DNA of 64,000 nucleotides from Amphiscolops sp. MND2022 (Eukaryota), in contig OZ076409.1 of assembly GCA_964187785.1 (NCBI GenBank), forward strand, positions 372,001 to 436,000, given 5' to 3'. Shown here piece by piece: positions 1 to 11,263 of the stretch. A program made the position numbers and the translations under genes. Within the stretch, counting starts at the first letter, position 1. Every line of letters begins with the position of its first letter. Below the pieces are notes generated by a model. It was not told the origin of the DNA, did not search any database, and was given only the letters and a program-made list of their open reading frames with translations.

Positions 1-560
1 TGAAACTACTCATAATACTCTCTATACTATCCTCAAACAATGAATGCTCTTCCATCGACGTGGCATGAGCTCGCGAATTTAGTAACAGCTCAGCTAACTT
101 CCCTGCAACCACTGGGTGAGAAAGAGAAACAAAAGTAGAATTCTATTGGGGGTGGGCTGTTAAAACGGAGCAAAAAGTAGTCGAGGCAACCCCCCACTTG
201 TCACACTACTTTTAGGAAAAACAAACATGTTGAAATTTCTTGGCAAGCAAGAGAAAAGTTAGGAGTCAGAAATTTGACATGCCACTTTTCAATAACGCTC
301 AACTTTTAAAACAATCAAATTATGATTTCAAGGTGAAATAAAAGCTCATTTTTTCGATTTTTTCATCATAAATGGCTGCTGGACTATATGATTAGTTGCA
401 CGCGGAGGTTTGTCAAGGTTGACAATTTGAAGGTCGAATGTGAGTGAGAGAAGTGGAAATTTTCAGGCACTCTTTTGGTATTTTGTTGATTGCTGCCAGT
501 ATGAAGACAAGCGCTGATGGAATGAGTGAAAACAAAACAAAACAGATGACACTGACAAAC

Positions 561-765
561 CTGGTGCCGCCGCCCCCTGTCTGTGTGGTGGTGGTGTTTG
601 ACTCCTCCAGCAGGTGTTTGCAGAGTCCAATGTGGGCGTTGAGCTGGTCCACCCGGCGGAACTTGTCTGCCGTCTCCTTCTCGGCGCCCTCCACCTGCGT
701 CCTCAGTCTCTCCACCTTGCGCTTCTGCGCCTCCAGCGAGGCCATCACTTGGCTGTGTCTCTCCG
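561..765 (-). CDS. ITSN: Intersectin exon 11 (end of coiled coil)
   Basis: SLEAQKRKVERLRTQVEGAEKETADKFRRVDQLN, resembling ITSN [40 protein letters not shown] tandem acceptor; GTTTGT donor. Confidence 0.85.
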
Positions 766-861
766 CTGCTCAACACAACACAACACAATCCACATCTACA
801 CATGTAGTACTCAACTAGCCCTCAATACAATACCCCCCATTCACAGTAGTAACTAACAGTA

Positions 862-1935
862 CTGTAGTAGCGTTCTAAAATATCGCAACCTCATTGCTTA
901 AAATAGCAAAACTCAATCCAAATATCTCATGAACTGCCACGGATACAAAATTTGCCAGCTAGGAAAGTTTCTTAGAATTTCACCTAGTTTACACAAATGT
1001 TTGTTTGAAATTTCTACGACACATACTAAACCAGAGCCGCATATGCGGTAAAGGAGTCGGCTTAGGCCTTTTTCCTTCTGACTTGCTCGAATCCCATTCA
1101 TACTATTACGATGTCATTGCACATATAGGACTCTAATATAGTGTAGAATGACTGTAGAACATTTAGTTCGAATCGTATGGAGTTTTTGAGAACATCGAAA
1201 AAAGTCCAAAAATGGCTGTTTTTGGCCATTTTAAAGTTAATTTTGCCTATGTTTCGTTTCTCACATCCCAGTCATACGATTTTGCGCAAGCAGGGGCGCC
1301 TTTGGATGTAGAATGACTGCAAAATTTTATGAAAATCGTATGGACAGTTTTTGAGAAATTTGAAATTTTCATTGGAAGATCGAGAGACAAAAATCATTAG
1401 AAAAATTTTTCCGACTCCTAAAAATTTAGAAAATGCAAATTTTAGGAAATTTTTATTGAAATTTAAGTTTTTCCGAAAATTGAGTCTTGAATTAAAATTT
1501 TCGGATTGTTTTTTCGTTTGGAGATTCCCTATGATCTCCCGAATCTACTGAATTGTTTTGATCGCGAATTTGTTTCGAATAAGAAAAAATACACTGCTTT
1601 GTGTCTATAAGCACTGAAGTACATGTATTAAGAAAGTTTTCCAATCAAATCATAGCATCCTCAAGAGATTTGGGGACAAACGATTGACTGAAAATTTGTG
1701 AAAATCATGAAAAAGTGCAAATTTGATTAAATTTTGTCAAAATTTACAATTTCTAACTTATGTAATTTTTGTCGCAGAAATTTCAAACAAACATTTTTGT
1801 AAACTAGATAAAATTCTAAGAAACTTTTGTAGCTGACAATTTTTTGTATTTGTGACAGTTTTCAAGATGTTTGGATTTGAAATTTGCAATTTTAAGCAAT
1901 GGAGGGAGTTGCGATATTTTAGGAAGGTACTGTAG
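862..1935. mobile_element. Long-TIR MITE family (also 13551-13836 and about 45850-46321)
   Basis: About 150-bp imperfect inverted arms starting CTGTAGTAGCGTTCTAAAATATCGCAAC / GTTGCGATATTTTAGGAAGGTACTGTAG. Confidence 0.7.
1029..1424 (-). mobile_element. Helentron/DINE-1-like family B nested in a TIR MITE
   Basis: Same termini as 19755-20394. Confidence 0.72.
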
Positions 1936-2248
1936 TGAGCACTTGGTTCATGCTCACAGACACTTTCGACCGACGTCTCTGCCAATTTCAGTCATACACA
2001 GAATTGCAACATGGACTAATTTGAGCAGCAAGCAAGCACAATTTCGTGGCACAAAAGTAGAACCCGTTTTAAACTGAGTTGCAATGTTTAAAACACCAAT
2101 CTGTTTCATCTGTTTGCTTGCAACATCCAATGAAAAACAAATCAAGCACCCACTTCAACGTTTTTTTTGTTTTCAGCTTGCTTGCAGATGATTGTTAATC
2201 GACACATTTAGTGGCGATTTCCACAATTATATTTTTTCAGTGAGTTTT

Positions 2249-2368
2249 GTCAGTCCTAATTATCCGCAAAGAGTCTTTCTGGGACTTCAGTCAGTGTATG
2301 TAATGAGTTGAGTGATACATACCCTGAAGTGACACTAGAAAGACTCTTTGCTAATTATCAGGACTGAT
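2249..2368. repeat. ~120-bp fold-back palindrome (MITE-like)
   Basis: CAGTCCTAATTATCCGCAAAGAGTCTTTCT..ACTTCAG / CTGAAGT..AGAAAGACTCTTTGCTAATTATCAGGACTG. Confidence 0.7.
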
Positions 2369-3525
2369 ACTTTTAGCTTAGTTTAATTGCACCTTAGTGT
2401 ATATTGAGGTTTCTTTAGTTGACCCTAAAAAAATGGACCGAGAATGGACCCCAAAGCTCAACTATCATTGTCACGTGGCTTCGGCGGCGGGATAAAATCA
2501 TTTTGAAAACTCCAAGTAGTCAATCTTCCAATTCGGACTTGTCAGAAACTCAAGGCAATTTTCACTGGAAGCAACCATCTTTTCGACTATCAGCTTTGTT
2601 ACTTGAATTTATTCAACTTAGCAGCTAAGAGGGTTAGATAAGCGAATACCGACGGTAGTTGAAATCGTCTAAACAATTTAGATAATTTCGTCTGAAAAAT
2701 TACCTTAAGTATAATATACTTACAGCATACGCAGAAATACCAAAAGCAATGACCGGAAAATTTAAATTTAGAGTACAAAAAAAACTCGGAGCTGAAATTT
2801 CACAGGTGAGTGATTTTGACAATGCTCGTGCCAAGTCAAGTTTCTATTTCTAACCATCTAATGTCCATGCAATTCAGTGCACTTTCATGCTAGGAAGTCG
2901 GCGGACGACTAATTCAAATTCAAATTCAACTTGTCATGCAGCTATTTCAAAGGTACGGTAAATAACGTCCACAGTTTGTTAGTAATTAATAAATGCAGAA
3001 GCGAAGCGGAGCGACGTGCAATTACAGGTCTATCGGCTGGTTTTGATGTAGACGACCCGGAAGGACGAATGTTTAGACATAGAACAAACTTTTCAACCAG
3101 TTTTCATTTTGAAGATTGATTATTTACGAGACATCTTTTGGACTTTAATTCCAATAAATGGTCCTGGAAATAATTTTCCAACAGCTTAACACTAGTAACC
3201 AGGTTAGCATGGTAGCCGTTCGTATAACCGAACTAGCTTTAAGAAGAACGAATATAAAACCAATCTCAAATATGATTGGACGACGAAATAGGCAAACTAC
3301 TACCACCTTGACTTTCATTTATTTGCAAAATTACATAATAGTTTCATCATTGAAAGCTCACTGTCGAACGGAGCGGCCAATCACAATTTTAAATTCGATT
3401 CGGTTCTGATACAAATTTATTCAGCATTACACCCAGTTTTTTTATATTGTTCTTAAATATCCGGCAAAATGAGGCACAAAAGCTTCTTATGTTCTTAAAT
3501 TTTCGACAATTTGAGGCTCGAGGTG

Positions 3526-4084
3526 TTTTTAGTCGGCGCATTTTAGTAGAAAATGTGCCCGACTCTTACAGTGGGTAGTTTTTTTTAGACACGAAAGTTC
3601 CACTTTTCTTTCTGTGTCTTTTCTTTTTGTTCTTTGTTCAGTTCATTTCTTCAACAACTTGGCGAACCTAAGAAGCGCGTCCAAAACGAAAAAGAAAACA
3701 AAACAAACAGAACCTCGACAACACACTAACGATCTCCCCTAAGCCTCCCCCCCCTCACTTTTTTTCGGCACTATGCGACTTTTTTTTGAAACTTTTTGGA
3801 TTGCACCAAAGGGTCCCCCCTTTATTTGTTTCGATATTTTAAAACACAATGGATGTCAGAAAATTCCAAAGGGTCCCCCCTTTTACATTTTTCGGCACTG
3901 TGACACTGTTCAAAAATCACATTTTAAAATTTTTTTGGGCAATTTTTTTCAGTCCTTAAAGGGTCCCCCCTTCAATTTTTTTCATATTTTGCCACCAGCT
4001 GGAGTTTCACAAAACCCAAAGAGTCCCCCTTTTACAATTTTGAGCCTTAGATATAGCGCCGACTTTGGCCGTTCTCGGCTTGTT
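3526..4084 (+). mobile_element. Non-autonomous Helentron/DINE-1-like element, family A
   Basis: 5' T-run + subTIR AGTCGGCGC folding with a nearby CCGACT; 3' subTIR GCGCCGACT + short stem-loop + CTTGTT. Confidence 0.8.
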
Positions 4085-4159
4085 AATTTCTAGAAATCTG
4101 AAATTTTCCACCACGCGTGATAGAGTTTTGTAAGCGTATAAAGTACATGTAGGCCGGAC

Positions 4160-4644
4160 GGGGAATTCCCAAACAGCCGAAGTACCAAACAGCAGAAAAT
4201 GAAAAATTGGTCTCAAACAGCAGAATATTTCTTTATGTTGCAATCTGATTGGCTGAAATTTGAAATCGAATTGAATTCACTAAGCTGAAAACGCGTGTCA
4301 GATTTTGTAGCAATTATTATTATAACGTAGTCAGCTAGAAATCGAATTGAATTCACTAAGCTGAAAACCCGTGTCAGATTTTGTCGGAATTATTATAACG
4401 TAGTCAGCTATGTTCACATACCCCTAGTGCCCTGAATGGAGGAGCGAAGCGACGTGCCATATGGCCATGCCTCAATGTTGCTACTTGGCGAAGGGAGCGA
4501 AGCGACCGAGCCATACAACAAATATGCAAACCTCTTCAAATAAATCAAAATCCAACATATTGGCTGTAACAGCACTAAAAGCTAGTAATTTGAATTCGGC
4601 TGTATGGGACCAAATTTTCATTTTCTGCTGTATGAATAGGCACC
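4160..4644 (+). mobile_element. Mutator-like MITE carrying the GCGAAGC cassette
   Basis: Direct repeat AGGCCGGAC at 4151-4159 and 4645-4653; imperfect TIRs with ACAGC(A/C)GAA repeats; cassette about 4395-4527. Confidence 0.72.
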
Positions 4645-4718
4645 AGGCCGGACGACCGACGGTCACTACACGTAAGCCTATACATGCAAACGTATGAATG
4701 TAAGCCTATACATTTAAA

Positions 4719-4933
4719 GGGAACCGTTCAATTGGACGACCGCTCAGTTAGACGACTGTGCAATTGATCGGTTTTGCACGCATTCCATTTTCAGTTCCGC
4801 TCACAACTTGTAATGATTACGTAATCGGAGTCTGTCGGCGAAGATGAATTAACCACTAAAATTTTAGAAACAGCTGATAGTCTTCCAATTGATCAATCGG
4901 TTAGTTGAGCGGTCGTCCAATTGAGCTAGACTC
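4719..4933. mobile_element. Mutator-like MITE
   Basis: 9-bp TSD ACATTTAAA (4710-4718, 4934-4942); TIR core TCAATTGGACGACCGCTCA / TGAGCGGTCGTCCAATTGA. Confidence 0.8.
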
Positions 4934-5652
4934 ACATTTAAAGAATATAAAATTGACTACCAACATAACTCAATTCACTGTGTTCATCCTTCTAAAATTG
5001 GAGGTGCTGTTTATTTTGTTGATGTAAGTTAAAGTTGTTTCCAATTGAATTTCAATTTGAGCCTCGGCGGTGTTATCAATTTTTTGACTGTCTGAGGCTG
5101 GTGTTCTTATAAAAAAACTGAATGTACTACCGTTCGGCAAGACAACCTACCGCCGGTTAGCATAGCAGCCGGTGGATATTGGAACGCGCGCATTAAGTCG
5201 AGTAAGCATTAAACCGACAATCAAATATTGAGTCAAAAAGCCAACGCTAATTACCTGATTTGTTGAAAAGTGGTGATTCAGAGTCACAACTATTTTCAAT
5301 ACTTATGGACAATGTATGTCTCGAAATGATCATTCTTGTCGGTTGCCTAATGGCTTGTCGGTTCAGTTGAGTGTCGGCGTAACGCATCTCTTCCGTAGAT
5401 ATTATGTAAACTGAAAATGAGGTAGAAGCGTTGAAGCTGATACTCATACAGGGGCAGCAACAATACATGTCTAGCAACCAACGTAGTTGCTACAGCAGAG
5501 CTTGAGACCGATGATAGCTAATTTACGTTGAATTGCGACCGCAACCCTTCCGCATTTTCCAAAAGTTTGTCAATCTCCATTCAGTTTAATGCACTTTCAA
5601 CTGTGATAGAAGAATGGGACCCCTAAGTGGTATTAATGCTTGGAACACTCCG

Positions 5653-6130
5653 TTTTTAGTCGGCGCTTTTCTTAAGAAAAGAGCCCGACTATTACAGTCA
5701 CTCGTTTCTTTTCTTTTTTTTATTTAAGACAGACTCGAAGCGACGAACGTTAAAATTAACGTTCAACTACTAAATACAGTACTAAACTACTGGACCGCTA
5801 AAGGCAAACGGGGAGCGCATTCATTTACTTTTTAAACGTTACCTACAAGCCCGGACGGGACTAAAGTTCCCCCCCCTTTCGATTTTTTTTCGTCACTGTG
5901 AGACTTTTTTTCGAAATTTTTCGAAGGTCCCCCCTTAGAGTTTTTTGTTATTTTGTTACAGAATGCGTGTTTATAAATCAAAAAGGGTCCCCCCTTTTAC
6001 ATTTTTCGGCACTGTGCGACATTTTCTGACAGAAATTTTTTTCGAAAATTTCAAGTTTTTTTCCAAAAAAAATGTTTTGCGCTTTTTGAGCCTTAGATAT
6101 AGCGCCGACTTGAGACGTTCCCGTCTTGTT
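5653..6130 (+). mobile_element. Helentron/DINE-1-like family A (young subfamily)
   Basis: TTTTTAGTCGGCGCTTTTCTTAAGAAAAGAGCCCGACT ... GCGCCGACTTGAGACGTTCCCGTCTTGTT; near-identical to 31748-32230 and 56490-56974. Confidence 0.85.
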
Positions 6131-7266
6131 CAGCTAATAACATAGAAACTATTGATAATAAGGTAATCTAGTTTACATTCGTGGTTGATTGAAACTTTCA
6201 GAACAAATATCGCGAAAATTAGCTATTAACAACTGTTTTATTTGGCTCGCTATCTAAGTTTTTAACTTTCGCGCAATTCAGAAAGAATTTTGATAAGGTT
6301 TTTTATTCATCTTTCAATTCATCGCTGTCAACTGATCATATTTAGAAGCTTTTAGCTTGAACACGGTCGACGAAAATCGACCATCTCCACTGAAATAATT
6401 CGGTACAGGTACTAAAGATTGGGTATAGATTCAAGACAACGGATTTGTGATTGTCTTTTTACATGTACACTTTAGGGAGCTTCCACTTTTCGAGTGTAAT
6501 GTCACCGATGGGCATCATGAACATTATCAAAAAGTTAACAATCACTAGCTTCTGCACTCAATTTAACCTTTGCAATTAGATTTCAAACATTTTACAAGTA
6601 AAAAGTATTTGCAAACTTGTCTCATACTGCCGACACGACGTCCAAAATTAGATGAAATGAATGTAAACTTTTGTTTTTATCCTTTTTTGGAAAATTTGAC
6701 ACTTTGAGAAATTAGACGCAAAACCATTAAGCGTTTTGCTCCTAATTCAATTAGCAAACAGGATTAGTTCTACTCTTCTATCACAGGACTGTAAGGTTAC
6801 ATTATTATGAAACGTATTCGAGCAACTGCGATTTCTTCATGCATTCTCGGCAGGGAAACTTTCCAGGGAGCTAATCTCAGATGAGTGTCATTGGTGGCCC
6901 AATTCAAGGAATGATGTGGTCTCCTCTACTTGACCAAGACTTGGATTGATACTGAATGATGCAATACAATACAATACAATTTAAAGTGGAGAGGGAGAGA
7001 GAGAAAGATAGAAAGTGAAGCGAAGACTAAGGGAACAACATCAACAGACAGAACTTAACTGTCAAGTGAATGAATCTTGTCAAACCTGTCACACTGCTGT
7101 CCTCTGCACAAACAAACAAACAAACAAACACTAAACCATTACACCACCAAAGGTTTTCAAAAACTAATCGGTGCTGTCATCTGACGCCAATCAAGTGACA
7201 GCAAAGAAACAGTTCTTCATAAATCTTCTCACGGAATAGAAGAAGAAGAAGTGAAAAGACTCTCAC

Positions 7267-7354
7267 CGATGGGAGTGCGCACCGACTGCTGCTTCAGCTG
7301 CTCCGCGATTGACATCCTCTTGTCCGTGAACTGCTTCAGACTGCGCTGGAACTC
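7267..7354 (-). CDS. ITSN: Intersectin exon 10 (coiled coil)
   Basis: EFQRSLKQFTDKRMSIAEQLKQQSVRTPI; tgcAG / GTGAGA. Confidence 0.85.
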
Positions 7355-8238
7355 CTGCAAACACACAACACTCACTCACTTTCCATCTTACTTGTGCTCT
7401 CCCCTCTACTTGTTGTGCAAGCATCAACAACATTCATAACTCGTATCAATAACAACGTATGATAATACAGGATCGAGCGATAAACAGCCATTCGGTTGAA
7501 CTGCAAACGTTTTAAAAAGTATGGTCTCAGAATACCGAAACAATCCGAAGGGGGACCGACCCTTTGGCTTCAACAACAATTTGTATCAATTCGAAGAACC
7601 CTAGAAAACCAAAGCCGCAGTTATATCTGGTATGCGCTAAATCTGGTATGGATTGCGTTATTAACGAAGGGGACTCCTTAGCACTTTTTACAGTTCAAAT
7701 GTAGCATGGAGGTGGCCAAAATGGACATTGCCAAAATTGAACAACTTTTGGCAGAACTATTTTTGGACAGTTCAGGTGTATGACGAAAACCCATGACTAT
7801 AGTCGACTCCTCTTTTGCAGAGAAAAGCGCCGAAGAAAACGGTTAGGACCAGAGCAGGACAAAATGGTGAAAAATTTCAGTGCGGTGGCGGGTCAAACAA
7901 AAAGTGCAACTTGGCTGCTAATGCAGACGACGTTTTTGCTTTAAAGGGTGCTCAAGAAAAGTGCATTAGAAATGGAGAAGCCGGAATTACAGAAGCATTA
8001 CGGTTAGTTAAAAGATGGCCAACGCTCCGTCCGATACAGTGAGCAACTATCCCGCCGCTTCGCCCAATTAGAGAGAGTGGTTGTTCAGTTATAACGTGCT
8101 CTAGATTTGCCTGCCCTCGGCAGTGTAAGCCTATGATGGGATAGGATGGTGAGGGTGAGTACATGGTAAGTAGGTACACGACAGGACAGGACAGGACAGG
8201 GGAGAGGGGGAGGGGAGGGGAGGTTAAGGGGGACATGC

Positions 8239-8385
8239 CTGTAGTTGTTGCTGCAGCTGTTCCAGGTGTCTCTTCCTGGCCGCGTACTTGTCGCCCCTGT
8301 CGCGCACACAGTCCTTGCTCCTCTGCTCACTGCCTCTCGTCTCGCCCAGCTGCTCGTCCAGAGAACGCTTCTTCGCCGCCAGCAC
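8239..8385 (-). CDS. ITSN: Intersectin exon 9 (coiled coil; GC donor)
   Basis: VLAAKKRSLDEQLGETRGSEQ...HLEQLQQQLQ; cgtAG acceptor; donor CAG|GCATGT. Confidence 0.82.
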
Positions 8386-8508
8386 CTACGTACACACAGT
8401 GACGTCGTCATTCACGCTACTACTACTTACAGTTGAGTTAATGGCAGCATAAAATCACCCGCGTCATTTTCTAACCAATTAGAGTGCTCCGTGACATGGC
8501 GTAATTTT

Positions 8509-9132
8509 GGGAGGCGGAAATTTCGTCGCCAGAAATTTCGTCGTCAGAAATTTCGTCGTAAGAAATTTCGTCGTATTAGCAAATCCAGAAATTTCGTCGT
8601 CGGAAATTTCGTCGTATTGATTAGAATAACAGCGTTCACCAAAAGATATCATTTGAATTATACAATTACTTAATTATAAAAATGAGATCTTAAAAACAAG
8701 TTTCATTTTGACACCAAAATTGAGTCAAAAAGTTAATTGCATTCAATCAACTCATCAAGACGCTTATTAAGCAATGGTATATTTTCAGTCCTACCGGTGG
8801 AACTACCGGTGGTAATGGAAATGTTTGCTTTAAGTGTCGAAACAACTTCGTGTTGGGGGGATAAGAAACAAGGTGTATATGGGGAGTTATTATGTCCGAA
8901 ACTTTTTCAAAACCATAACAAAAAGTAGTCAATGATAGTAATTATTGCACAATTATCGATAATTATTAAGATTAAAGAATTAGATTAAAGAAAATGCGAC
9001 GTTTTATAGAACGTAATCACCGACGACGAAATTTCCGACGACGAAATTTCTGACGACGAAATTTCCGACGACGAAATTTCTTGCGACGAAATTTCTGACG
9101 ACGAAATTTCCGACGACGAAATTTCTGGTAAT
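8509..9132. mobile_element. Mutator/Foldback-like MITE with 15-bp tandem subrepeats, nested in a hAT MITE (about 8440-9490)
   Basis: 9-bp TSD CGTAATTTT (8500-8508, 9133-9141); arms of (GAAATTTCGTCGTCA)n and its reverse complement. Confidence 0.85.
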
Positions 9133-9853
9133 CGTAATTTTACAGCGGAACTAGCAATTGGCCAAATATGATGCTTTTGAAATAACTATTCTAGAATATT
9201 CCAGAAAATCGAAGAATACAGAACACAAAAAGAACAAGAAATTGGCGAAACATGATGCTTCTGAAGCAAATTATTCTAGATTTCAAATATTGCACTTCAG
9301 ACCGCCAAAGTTTGGACCCAGAAATGATCAAACAACTGTTGTTTATAATAAAATTGCGGCAAATTGAATTGAATTCAGTAATTGCTCCGATTGTTTGTGC
9401 GCGAATTTAGCGTGATTTTCGATTCAAAATAGCGTGAATTAGTGTGTGATTAACACGTGGGCATGTTCCCGCGTGATTTTATCCTGGCGCCCTAAGTTGA
9501 GTACAAGTGCAAGACTGACCTGGATGAATTTAGGAAAAGTCGTCGAAAACAACTGGCAGGAAATACTAGGCGGAAAACCGCGGAGTCGCGGGCGGTAGAA
9601 AATAATCTCAGGCAAAGATAGTGCTAACTTTGCGATCATACCGTGTTTTGAAGTTCTAAATTATTATCAAGTACTGCATTGTAAAACTATAAAAGTGAAA
9701 CATTTCGAGCAATTATATAGCTAAAAAAGTTATTATGCGTGAAACTGAAACTTTCACGCATCAATTAACAAAAATTAATCCATAATTAGCACTGGATAAT
9801 GCCTGTAAGTAGTCTGTAATTTTCCACCAATTTTCCGCCGCATACCGACCGAC

Positions 9854-10108
9854 CTGGATGTCGCTGTCTAGCTGTGAGTTGTGGCTGCGCAGCTGCGTCA
9901 TGTGGCTCCTGGCGGCGGCGATTCTGCTCTCCAGAGTGAGGGCGATGCGTCTGTCGTGCTCGGCCTGCGCCTTGGCCTCTGCCTCCTTGCGCGCCTCCTC
10001 GAGTCGTCTCTGCTGCTCGGCCCACTGCTCAGCCCTCTTGCGCTCCTGCTCCGCCCGCTCTCTCGCCCGACGCTCCTCCTCCTGCCGCTCCTTCATCATA
10101 CGCTCCTC
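9854..10108 (-). CDS. ITSN: Intersectin exon 8 (E/R/Q-rich coiled coil)
   Basis: EERMMKERQEEERRARERAEQERKRAEQWAEQQRR...QLDSDIQ; tgcAG / GTCGGT; 255 nt, phase 0. Confidence 0.88.
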
Positions 10109-10168
10109 CTGCACAACACAACACAACAGACACTCACAACCTATACACTACTCACTACTACACATCTA

Positions 10169-10210
<42 letters not shown>
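10169..10210. repeat. (TAC)n microsatellite
   Basis: Read directly. Confidence 0.95.
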
Positions 10211-10212
<2 letters not shown>

Positions 10213-10250
10213 GGACGATTCCCGTCGTTTTAGTTGGGTGCTTTTTGAGA

Positions 10251-10831
10251 AACAAGATGGGACCATCCAAAGTTGGCGCCACGCTCAAGCCTCCAAAAAC
10301 GCTAAAATTTTTTTGAAAAATTGCTCGGGGTGACTTCAAAAAATCAGAACCTAGCACTCACAGAGCGGAACCTCTCCGAAAATAGAACTCAAAATGGTTT
10401 TCACTAACTTGAAATAACAAAGTAGACCAAAAAGTGGAACAAATTTCGGAAAGAGTCTCACGGTGCCAAAAAACACAAAATTGGGATCCTTCACACTCAA
10501 ACAAGCTGGGAACGGCCAAAGTCGGCGCTATATCTAACGCTCAAAATTGTAAAAGTGGGGGACCCTTTGGGCTTTGTGAAACTCCAGTTGGTTGCAAAAT
10601 TTCAAAAAAAATTGAAGGGGGACCCTTTGGAGACATTAAAAAAATTCGAAAAATTTTGAAATCGAGATTTTGAACAGTGTCACAGTGCCGAAAATTGTAA
10701 AAGAGGGGCCCAAAGTTGATGATATTGAACAAATAGCAAATGAACAAAAAAGTGGACCGATCGCGTTGAACTGACGAAAAAAACTAGCCACTGTAAGAGT
10801 CGGGATTTTCTTCCAAAACGCCGACTAAAAA
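10251..10831 (-). mobile_element. Helentron/DINE-1-like family A: copy 10500-10831 adjoining a partial copy from 10251
   Basis: AACAAG...AAGTCGGCGCTATATCTAA at 10500 and AGTCGGG..CGCCGACTAAAAA at 10798-10831. Confidence 0.78.
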
Positions 10832-11165
10832 CATCAGACTGTAAATATTTCTAACTGAAAGATTTCAAAAGGCAGACACTTTTGTGGTGGATTTAAAAAT
10901 GCGAAAAACGTGACCTAACCTAGTGCCGAATTCTAACAGATTCTCACGCAACTTGGCCTAGTAGTTAGGGTTCGAACTCAACTCCGCGCTGGACTAAAAA
11001 CCGTTATCCTGTTTGCAAAACTAGAGGAAACCAATGGCCCCTTTTGGTTCTTTCGAGGCTGTGCCATGATTTTCCACAAATTCCTTCAAAACAGAGGGTC
11101 ACTTGTTTTTTTTCGACACTAGTTTTCTACTCACTGCAGAACTTGAAAATTCGTGAAAAACTCAC

Positions 11166-11263
11166 TTTTTCGCGACGTTCCTGTTCCAACAACGCCTTGC
11201 GTTTCTCCTCCAACGCGGCTTCTCCTCTGTCGAAGTTCTGTCGCAGTTTGTCTTCGAACGAAA
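11166..11263 (-). CDS. ITSN: Intersectin exon 7 (start of coiled coil)
   Basis: VSFEDKLRQNFDRGEAALEEKRKALLEQERREK; ttcAG / GTGAGT. Confidence 0.92.

Noticed and set aside
3773..4093. Repeated KGPPF / LSLRYSAD peptides in many short ORFs
   Set aside because: They are translations of the non-coding family A repeat; frames are not conserved between copies.
4461..4697. Recurrent MAMPQCCYLAKGAKRPSHT peptide
   Set aside because: It is a translation of the MITE cassette; continuations differ between copies and there is no codon-level evidence of coding.
8509..9132. Regularly spaced GAAATTTCGTCG repeats resembling a CRISPR array
   Set aside because: There are no unique spacers, and the two blocks are inverted arms of a TIR element with a 9-bp TSD in a eukaryotic intron.
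9858..10333. Long plus-strand ORFs over exons (also 444-818, 23968-24468, 25277-25684, 49383-49952)
   Set aside because: These are antisense shadows of GC-rich minus-strand exons and microsatellites.
10951..10990. tRNA gene
   Set aside because: The A- and B-box-like motifs are adjacent, with no anticodon arm or acceptor stem.
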